From Raillietiella orientalis (Eukaryota): a stretch of DNA of 41,154 nt. Shown here piece after piece: positions 31,226 through 41,154 of the stretch. Within the stretch, counting starts at the first letter, position 1; every line of letters begins with the position of its first letter. The stretch lies in NCBI GenBank assembly GCA_036172245.1, contig JAYWIR010000080.1, positions 310,001 through 351,154 on the forward strand. Reading direction: 5' to 3'. The position numbers and the translations under genes were made by a program. Below the pieces are notes generated by a model, which saw only the letters and a program-made list of their open reading frames with translations, was not told where the DNA came from and did no database searches.

Positions 31226-34200
31226 AGATGCATCTGCATAGGAAAAAGTTGTTCCGAGATGACACAGTAACGGCGAACTTGTGCGATCAGCGATCCTTTT
31301 CAAATTGTTCAAATTTCCTGGAACAGTTTTGCCCCTGCTGCTTAAGCAAGTGGACTCTTTCCTTGCTAAAGGCATAAAACACAGATACTTCGGATCATAC
31401 TTCAGAACCATTCTCGAGCTGGCGTAGTACGGGGTTTGTATCTCATAATACTGTTTCTAAGAAGAACTGAGTGCTAATTGAAGTACCACCTTGTGAAGAA
31501 AGGTCTAATGAACCCCTACTTACTCTTCAACATTGTCATTTACCGACATTTCTCGTTCACTGATTGCATGAAGAAAAGCTTCAGAAGGAACGCAGTTTTC
31601 GAGGCCTCTTGGCTTACCATTAAAGACACTTTATTGGATATTATTATGGAAGCTATGGATGCATTGCTTACAATCTTCATACCTCTTTAGTTCTTTGGAG
31701 GGAAGGAAGCAAGAGTATCGGCTGAGTCCAGGCTAAAGTGAACGTTGCTTTACAGTTAACAAGGAACTTCATTGCCTCCGAAGAAACTTCAGTAATTATT
31801 TATCGTGGCTTCCAATTGCTATTATTTTTAAGCACAGAGCGATGAAATTAAATACATGGATAATTATACATTGCAGTAAAAGTGTATGGAATCCAAATGT
31901 GTTTTTTACACGAAACTTTGGTCTAATGCGCCACTTCGAGCATGGTTTGTATAGTACATCATCAAAAAATTTCCAGTGCCAGAAAGCAAAAGCCTTTTCT
32001 GCATTGTTTTTCCATTCTTTTTTTCCTTTTGGTTTGGCATTGAAAAGATGGGCATTTACGAAGCAGCAAACATCTGGCTATTGACTTCACGATGTTTTCA
32101 AGTATTAAAGAAAGAAGAAACATTAAAGAGTTTGCTTTACTCGGAGAAAAACAAATTTGGGGGATTCAAACGGCATGGCGCTGTACTTTTTTGTGCTAAT
32201 TGAGATGCTGCATTCTGGTGTTAAGCACGAAATGCTCCGAAGATGCTGAGATCGTAATCCACCTTTAAATATTTAATTTTAAATGCAGGCTGTAAAGCGC
32301 AAGCATTTTTTTTTTTTTTTTTTTAATGATTACTGCATACACGCCGTTCTAGAGGACAAAAACAACATAAATTCTAGGGGAATGTTGTACACAAGCATAT
32401 TGCGGAACAACTGTGAGAAAAGAATGATAGAAAAGATCGCATCAATAGAAAGGTGGTTTGCACTCGTTCATAGAATAGCCAGAGAATTGGGCAATTTGAG
32501 CGTAGCTTATAGAAGAAGTACATGGTTTCTTTCAATTAGTCATCAGCTGCAATATTGTGTTTTTCAAAAGTGAAAGAAAATACGACGATAAGGTGAGGAA
32601 TTTTGGATTAACAACCACAATGTTAAGAGACTGCAGAGTAGAGGCTTCCAGCAGACATTTTGTACAAACCATGAAAGTGATTCCGGGATATAAGGATGCA
32701 TTGTCCTCCAGTCTAAGAAATGAAGCCGAAACAGATTTTGCAACAGGAGGAAAGTTTTTTGGAGTTCCTTGGTTTGCCTTGCGTCTAATGAAGCATGATT
32801 TTAGACCTACTACTTGCTCGTTGTTGAAGATCGCGATATTTGATATTTATCTTTGACGGAAGGTAATGTCGATGTTCCAACCACGTAAAATAGGTACGTA
32901 TTCGTATCTCAGGCACTTTTGTTCGAAAAAAGGGGGGGGGGGGAACCTAAAAACGCAAGTGTGAGTAGAAAATCTCAATAAGGAGCAACTAAACATACGT
33001 GGCGAGTGAGCACTGTTTCATCATAAAAAAAAAAATTATAATAAAAAACAAACATTTGCAATGCATAGACTGCTATGTGATCTTTTTTATTTTGCTTCTT
33101 ATTTATTATGATGGAGCACTTATGTGCTTCATGTACAGATAATGCAACTCCTGAATAGGAATAAGAATCGCACTCATGGGTCTAGCAATGTCGATGGAGT
33201 CGGTTATGAAAATATTAGATAACCATTTCTGCTGACCATTTGGTAGTATTACATCTCAAATGAACTCGGATTAGAGATCGACCTGGCGCTTCAAGGTGAA
33301 TTGGAAGCTGCGTAATCACGAAATATAAGTTATCGGATGATGAACTGACAAAATCTTTAACAAATTCATAGCGGAAAGCAAGTTCTAATTCGTGACGTAA
33401 TTCAATTCAAAATTCCATCCTGAAACAGTTGATTTCATCACTTCGGCATCATGGCATTTGAACATCTAGTTTTTAGAGAGCCTAGATAGAATTTCCGAGT
33501 TTTCGATTGCATTTCTTGTCTAATGTGCTAACTTGGATACTATTCGGAGAGATGAGGTTATTTACATTTCATCACTGAGAAATATTTGAGTGACTGAAAA
33601 GAGAGACATCGAAATTTTTCCATTGAAGTATCGGTACTTTCAAAACGTTAAGAAATTGTGAAATTATGTTCTCAGATAATACATAGAGGTATTATTTGGC
33701 AAGCATTGTCTCAGTAATGTAATTTCAGGTCGATCAGAACAAAGTAATATGGATGAACACCACAGTATCATCAATTACATGTTCCTTTAAATAAATGATT
33801 TCGAAGCATTTTAAAAAACATGGGGACGGGATGGAAAACAAAGTTTTTCCAAAAAAAAAAAAAAGGGTTCATTCCCTGGGAAGTCGGAGCAAGCTGATAA
33901 AGAAAGTAAATAAGAAACTATTTATTGTAAAGCAAAACAAGAAAGAACACTTTTTAAGGAGCAAGCGGTTGCTTTTGACTTCCATGGGATGGAATGTTAT
34001 TCTGGCTGAAGAAAACTGTTGTACGGTTGTTTTGTTGTTTCGCAGCAGCATGCATAGGGAATCCTGTGGACGCAAAGCACCACTTTAGTGGTTATAAGAA
34101 TCATTCTGAACCATCGTGGTTATCAGTGGACAGAGAAATGTGTTAACAAGTGGGAACAGACAGACAGACGTCACGTGCACAGAGTTCCAAACGGCTGCTT

Positions 34201-34349
34201 CCTCTGGTTATTTCTGCTGATACTCTGAAAAGAAAGCTAACTTCTACTCGTTGCGGGACACGTTTACGATTCTCACAGCTAACGAAAAACGTAATGTTTA
34301 ATAAAATACCTTAATTTTAACATGGAATTAGTTATTTTAATGTGACTGA

Positions 34350-34440
34350 TTCGACTTCGATGCCCGTGATGTTGGCCAACGAGACGTGGACTATTTCGAA
34401 CGAATCCAAGCGAATATGCATTCGCCGTGTACTTCCATTA
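34350..34440 (+). mobile_element. Possible highly degraded RTE-type LINE fragment
   Basis: Translation PVMLANETWTIS...CIRRVL resembles the post-RT motif P.LLYG.ETWTL...CLRRIL, but it is short and needs deletions to align. Confidence 0.3.
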
Positions 34441-37400
34441 TCTTCATATCTGTCCATGTTTAAAGCCCTTCTTAGGGTTTTCATCAAGGTTAGGATCATC
34501 AAACTGTTGCTCTGCGTATCGTAGGCTCCTGGCTAGGTCCGCAGATTTAATGCGGTTTTGCTTCCCTATCAAATGATGCAGCAGACTGATTGCCTCTGTC
34601 ATCCGGATCCCATGCAATCGAAAAACACTCACAAGAAACCATTAAGGATCAAGAGATGGAATCTAACGTCAAACAATTAGCAAATAATTGAAAGGTTAAA
34701 ATACGGGACAGCATAGAGGCACCAGAAGAGCATGCATGAGGACATCTTATAGGGGGGTCGTAGGGGGAAGTAATGAGTTTATATCACCGAAGACTTTCGC
34801 TTCTCGAAACAGATGTCGATCTATAAACAGATCTGTCTGTCGATGGGTGCCGGGAATGCGAGAGCAACTTTCAGAGGAGTACTAAATTCATCATTCCACG
34901 TGAGAGGCAGCAACAGCAGCAACAAAAACGAAACAAAGAGCATTAATGACGTAGAGGGAAAACATTGGCTTCATGAAAATAGACACATCTTTGGCATAGA
35001 ATTCTAAGCAGGGTCTTTTGCTGTAATGAACCAAGTTTTCGAGGTCCTGTAGAAGGTGGAGATCGTCAAAGTCCATACATTGACTGTCTTTACCTAAATC
35101 TACGCGAATTATGCAAAAAGTCTTTTCAGTATGGGATATACAATACCATCACAAAGAGTATCACAGATGTAGACTCAGTTCTTTTGCCATCATTCCTAAT
35201 CATCAGACCAAGAGATTTATGGAATGCACTGATTTCCTCAAAGAAGATTCAGGGCACAGGGACACGGGAAAAGGCAATGTGGACACCCAATGGAAAATCT
35301 CACGACATTCATTTTATCCAACACATGATCATCCTCTATCTTTACTCTCTTCTTTGTTTCCTTTTTTCCGGAAGGAAAAAGACATCGAGCACAATACGGC
35401 TGGAAATATCTATAGGAGGATGCTGTGGGACGATTGTTGCTTTCCGTTATTTTCATTATACTTCGTCACGTATTTGCATTTTTATTTTCAATTGGTTATG
35501 TGTTACATGATGAACATGATCAATGAAATCGAGTAGGTTTTGTAGATTTCGGATAGGATACATAGAAATCCTCATACACACCGCCAAGGATGAAAACCAA
35601 GGCAGAAAAATTGCCTTTATGGAATTGCTGTATCACTGCTTCTAAGAGGAAAGTTCTCATGATAGAATTGGAGGGGGGTAATTTCTATCCCCCCACTTAA
35701 TTTGTTACATCTGATTCATGATTATTTCGCCTAAGGTCTTCAGGAGTTCAATCAGATCTAATTCCTTTCATCCTCGACTTGTAGTTGAGGAGTGGAATTT
35801 CATTTCACATCATGAATTCATGACAATCAGTAGTTTTTGTTTTTTTTTCCTTTCCCCCATGGGCCCAGAGGTTCTGTGTGTTTTTGTGATGAAGACCAGA
35901 GGCACTCTGGATTGATTTCTTTCAAGAAAATTAACATGCTGTGCGTGGGTTTCTTTCAAAATATTTCGATAACAGCCGAAATTTATAAACAGTTCTTTCA
36001 CAGTTTTTTAGCAGCCGTTTCCTTTTTGCTTCTGCATTCAAATAGCCGATTTATTTTGCAGGTGAGTTTCCCCAAACGTCAAATAAATATTTCTCAAGTA
36101 GCATTCGTGTTCACCTTTTTTCACATTTTTTTTTTTTTTTTTAATTCGAGGGCTTCAGTTGACGTTGTTAAGTCACTTTCAAAGGCGTGATATTATGCTG
36201 TAAGTAGAACTTCAGATCGGAGAAGATGATTTGCAGCAAGTCATGAAAAGCCAAGAAAATCCCGAAATATTAGAATTTTAATGAAGGCTGTTGACAAATA
36301 CCCTCTGATGGAAATTCGAAACTCTGTTGAAGAATAATACAAATTATTTGATTGTATTACACGTGCATTTTCGTAGCTGGTACAAGAATGTCACCGTGCC
36401 GGGTACAATTCCAATGCTATAAATTTGCGTCAACTTTACCTATTTCGTTCTCCTCTATTGCCATCGTTGGTGACTGATCAATGATTCATTCAGGCTTCCG
36501 GTCTAAATAAATTGGAAGAATCGTTTTTTTTTTTCCAAATGTGGTTTTTAAAGTCATGAATGTCGCCACTCCAGCGCTGATGCTCTGCTCCATAATCTTC
36601 CTGACCACTTCAAAACATTGAATAATGCATGCTCACCCTTGTTTGTTTCATCTTACTTTTTCCTGTTTATCCGTTTCTCGAAAAAAAAAAAAAAAAGTCT
36701 TGATGTTCCGTACGAGCTTCTAACGTACAGCATTTAATTACTAAGCGAATTGAAACATACGTTCTTATTATTAGCGGATTTACGAAAGGCGGCAGCATGC
36801 TGTTAGTCACGGATAATACGAGAATTTCGAGAGTCCAAGTTTCAAGCTTTAAGACTTTATTATTAATCACTATGCTTTTTCTCTATTATGCATCACTTTC
36901 ACTTTAGTAAGCATTTCCTGTTTTGGTCTTTCTTGCCTAAATACTCTGATTTCAGAGGATGAAAAATGTCAAAATAAATACTGTTTCTTTGTATGCATAA
37001 GAGGTATCGAAAAAAAAAAGGAAAAAGAAATTCAGATGAAATGCATGCAAAAAATACCGGAATGCTATCAATCATAAAGTTGCAAAAGGTACACCGAGTG
37101 TTTTTCAAAAAATATGTTCAGCATCTGAACCAAGGAAACGATAAATCTATAATGTTCTTTATGTGGTTTAGAATTCGGTTTCGGAGACGGAGGAAAAAAA
37201 AAAAAAAAATCTTCCATGGATAAAAAAAAGCATCGTATAGAATTCCTAAATCAAAGTTTCTTCCTACCTGCTGGTGTAAAAAATTATTTATTTACCCACC
37301 GTAGGACAGGCTTATAAAATTCCAAGATAGAAATGTTAAATGGAAGAGCAGCTGCGTGAGGAATGATCTTTAAGGAACTGAAACGGGTTTCCTAAATCGT

Positions 37401-40400
37401 GTTTATTCCGAAACTGTTTTTCATCGTCACATTTTTCTCTCTCTCTCTCTTTTTTCCCGTCAGGTTTAATACAATGTATTTTAAAATGTCTGGTACTGAT
37501 GTATTTGTACTGTACTTGATTAAAATACATGAAGGCAGATTACATTTCTTTTCAAACAGGTCAGTTCGAACTTTGGAATGAATGCTGAAGAGTCGTACGA
37601 TCATGGAGTTGATCGCACTTTACGTTTGCTTGTTTGTACATAGAAAAGATTGGACGGATATAAGACCAAAGCGATGGATAGCTGGACCAAAACTATTCTA
37701 TATTACAATGAAGTTACCGTAAGGAAGGGATGAAGTACTAACGATTTTAAAACAGCAATTAAAGTGTTGCGACCGATTTAAAACCTAGGGCTATAGAAGA
37801 AGAGACTCAAAATGGAGTAGAGATGAGAAGGTCAGATACTTAATATTTTGCATTTTTTTTTCACGGAAAGCACGTGTTGCAACGGTGTGTTCCGAAGATC
37901 TGTTCCGGAAAGTCCTAGGAAATCACCTCCAGTGATGAAAAGTATTCGTAATCTGGGTTAGCAGCTGAGAAAAGCCTTTATCGTGCCTCTTTATTGTAGA
38001 ATGTTCCTGGCTGCTGTCTTGATTTTAATCACATTTGCTATTTAGAATATTCTAAACGGTAACAATAAGGAATAGAGTTCCAGAAACTAGTCAATTCGTC
38101 CTTCCATGCTACTCAGTCCTGTTTGCGTTCGTTCCATTTTCCGAGTTCTGCAAGTGGGCTAAAAGCAGCACATCGATGTGTTAAAGGAGATTACAAGTTC
38201 CAAAGTAGAGAATATGAAATGTTATGCAACGCGCAAGAGTTATAAATCTTGTGCTCTGCTGTCCGTCTCAGGAATCGCGGTGCCTGTTCGTGATACAGAT
38301 AAATCTTCCAAAGCCATTCCAACACTCCGATCTTGATACACCATTTCGTCCTAGCGATTTTCCTTTGGTTACACGAAGTTTATGAATGATCGGTTGATCC
38401 AGGAGGGTGTCGTCTCGTTTCGAACATTATCCTACCCACGCTGATGCAGAACCACGCGGTTTCTCGCAGTTCTGCCTTGGATCGAAGGAAACGACCAGAG
38501 TCGCGGCTGGATTCCCACGCCGGTCCTGCGTTGCCCCCACAACACGCTCACACAGACTCAGAGACATGTTGGGCACCGAGATCACCCCTAAAGAATTGTT
38601 TGCTGCCACTGCTCTCTTGGGAATGAAAGCATTGCTCTTGAAAATTCAAAAAACACACATGCAAAAAAGGAAACGTTTGTGTGTAGGATACTTCACAGAG
38701 GGCTTCACGAAAGCCACCGTGCCCATGCTTCTTTCTTCCATCAAGATCAAGATCGTTGTGCAATCCTTGTTTCTGGCAAGCAGCTCTGTCCACTTACTAC
38801 ACTGTGGTCTGTTGGAAAATTACTACCTGCTGAGCTGCTCATGGTTTCTCCGTGCTAGTGTTTGAGCATTCATCACAAAACGGTTCTGATGAGATCTTCC
38901 ACTCCCCTATTTTCACAATGCTAACTAATGCAAGAAATAGACAACGAAGAGGGCTCGTGTGATATCCAAAATTTCGTAGATATTTTCCAGAATTATTTGA
39001 CACGATGCGAGAGATCCTGCTTCAAGGTATCTTGGCATCTTTTTTTTTCTTTCGACTGAGGAGATTTTTTCTTCAAAAAGCAGACACGCAGTTCATACGA
39101 ATGCGTGTTCAGACAGAAAATGCACAGGGAGAAGTGAGTCTGAGCAAAGGTGCGTTTCATCCTCAGTTTGGAAGCACACTTGGGGTGCAAAGGTGTCGAA
39201 GCCGTTTACCTTCCAGTTGAAAAGTGGATATCCGGCATGGGAAAAGCGTTTTCCTTCGCTCGGAAAAGCAAAGGTTTTTCAGCCATGCGTGAGATCAGCC
39301 ACATCTCATCATCCGTGCGCGATACACCTTTTGAGAGTCACCTTGGCAAAACTGAAAACGCGACATGATGCAGCTTCTGAGGAAGAGGTGCATTTCAGTT
39401 CGTGCATGGAATGGCTCCTTGGCTCAAACTTTAGACCTGCGGTTAGATGGGGTGTTCGTTCCAGAAACACTTTTTCGGTTTACTTCCAAACCATCAGAGC
39501 TACCAATCTCCAGAAAGCTTTAAAACACAACTTTTGATCCTCCTTGAAAAATGTGTGAGCTTACCGGATCGCCGAGGTCTTAAGATCCCTTTCCGGAAGA
39601 ATGCCGCAAGCGCGGTGATTGATCTGTTAGCTTGATTCTACGGGACCATATCGAATCAAAGAATTTTTGTGCTATGCATGCGATTCCAGGACGCAGCTTA
39701 AGAGGGAAAGGGTTGCCTGCCTCTGTGAACACCCGGGAGTAACTGACTTCTCGGAATAATTTAGAATGCTTGTCAGTTCTTGAAAAAACACATCGCAGAG
39801 AAATCTGATGGCGTTTTCATGGTCACAGTGTTTCCTCATCCGCCTCGCTCATAGGCATCCAAAACAGGGTCACAGACTGAGAATTCCCCACTACCAGATC
39901 GCACTGTTGGAAGGAAGCTCCCATTAATGAAAATAATGTAGTAATAACGTAATGAAAGTACAGATTCTTATCACGTAATTACGGACTCTTATCAGCAACA
40001 TTTGGGAAAACATCCAAGTTTTCTTGACTCGTATTCTCAAAGGGAGTCGAGGAACGATTTCTGACAAAATTTTCGAAAGGATTCCTTAACTGGCTCCTGA
40101 AATTCGCAAAAACTGGAGTCGCCATCGAGAGAAAAAAGATCTGCAAGTAAGAAATCCGCGAAAATTCCTTCGGCATCAGCAAACATGGACCAAAGTGCAC
40201 TCACTGGGTTACTACAGCAACAGCGAACAAGGAGCATCGATTCCTGAACCGAACGCAAATCCTATCCCCCCTTATCAGCTCGTTTTTTTATTCTAAATGA
40301 GGGAATTGCTACTGATAAAGGTATATTAGATAAAAAAAATATACCGCACTATTCCGTGCTTGCTAAGGCTGAAGTGCCATCCACCTACCTTTGGGACCAT

Positions 40401-41154
40401 CTTTTCCTGATCTCATACATGCAGAGAACAGATACATACGGAAATACTTTCTCTTTCCACAAGCTCATGAAATTTGCAAAACCATTAAGCTGTCTCGACG
40501 ATCTTCAGAAGTTTGGTATCAGATTTCGTTCCTACATTTTGTGTTCGTTCATTAGGCATAGTATAATATCACTAGGTTGTTAAACTCTTTAAGTAAGGGC
40601 AACCGCGAAGCTGGAGCAATAGAGCCGGGAGAAAATGCTTTGCATGGTCTGCAACTATTCTGTTTTTTTTTTTTTTTTTTTTTTTCAATCTTGTGATAAT
40701 TGCAAAACACTATGGACCACCGAATTGCCTCCTTAATCAAATGCATCTGACACCATGACAGGGCTGCTTATGCATTGCTCCTCGGATCGAAGTTCTGGAA
40801 AAGGTAAAGAAAGGCATCTTTTTTACATCTCGAGATGTGAAGGAATGCGAGACCATATTCGGTATACGTACGTCCGTGTGCTGAAAAAGTATGCAATCCC
40901 ATTTGTCATACATATTTGTTTATTATATGTATATTAATAATGTAGCAACAGCGTTTTCCCGATATTATTTACAAGAAAGAATGATCGCGAAATTATTTTT
41001 TTATTTATTTTACTGTGATTCAAATAATGGGTACAGAGAAACTGCTCAGCCTCTACAGCAAGATTGTGCCTTCAACAACACATTCAAGAACCAGAATTCC
41101 TTTCTGGTAGGAAGAGAAAAAAAAATCAGCAACCATCCCTTAATTAAATAGAAC

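Noticed and set aside
35810..35823. 14-bp palindrome TCATGAATTCATGA
   Set aside because: Expected by chance in 41 kb of AT-rich DNA.
38407..38865. 152-aa plus-strand ORF
   Set aside because: GTG start, no recognisable domain and no supporting splice signals.
1..41154. Prokaryotic or viral systems, CRISPR arrays, rRNA/tRNA genes
   Set aside because: All recognisable genes are spliceosomal-intron metazoan genes. No repeat-spacer array, tRNA cloverleaf or rRNA signature was seen.

Overview
Eukaryotic, intron-containing genomic DNA from an invertebrate metazoan. The protein motifs look arthropod-like, but the species cannot be determined from the sequence. Three conserved spliced genes are present. 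(1) First coding exon of a minus-strand goliath/RNF130/RNF150-type PA-domain E3 ligase (2427-2961); no further exons were recognised, so the rest probably lies left of the window. (2) A minus-strand ANKLE2 orthologue (ATG 9797 to stop 3173, five core exons, 630 aa in my minimal model) that ends only 211 nt before the goliath ATG. (3) A plus-strand myotubularin of the MTMR6/7/8 group with an intact catalytic motif and a C-terminal FYVE domain (ATG 18627 to stop 30581, 11 exons, 659 aa in my model). Between the divergent ANKLE2 and MTMR genes is a 5'-truncated L1/Tx1-like retrotransposon with an exact 16-bp target-site duplication. Most worth follow-up: the operon-like ANKLE2-goliath junction, very short introns (42-63 nt) that are all multiples of 3, several frame-preserving candidate cassette exons, a tandem splice donor inside the FYVE lipid-binding motif, and two pre-miRNA-sized hairpins. 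No gene was recognisable in the last ~10 kb. No prokaryotic systems, CRISPR arrays, rRNA or tRNA genes were seen, and I cannot claim a wholly new biological system.
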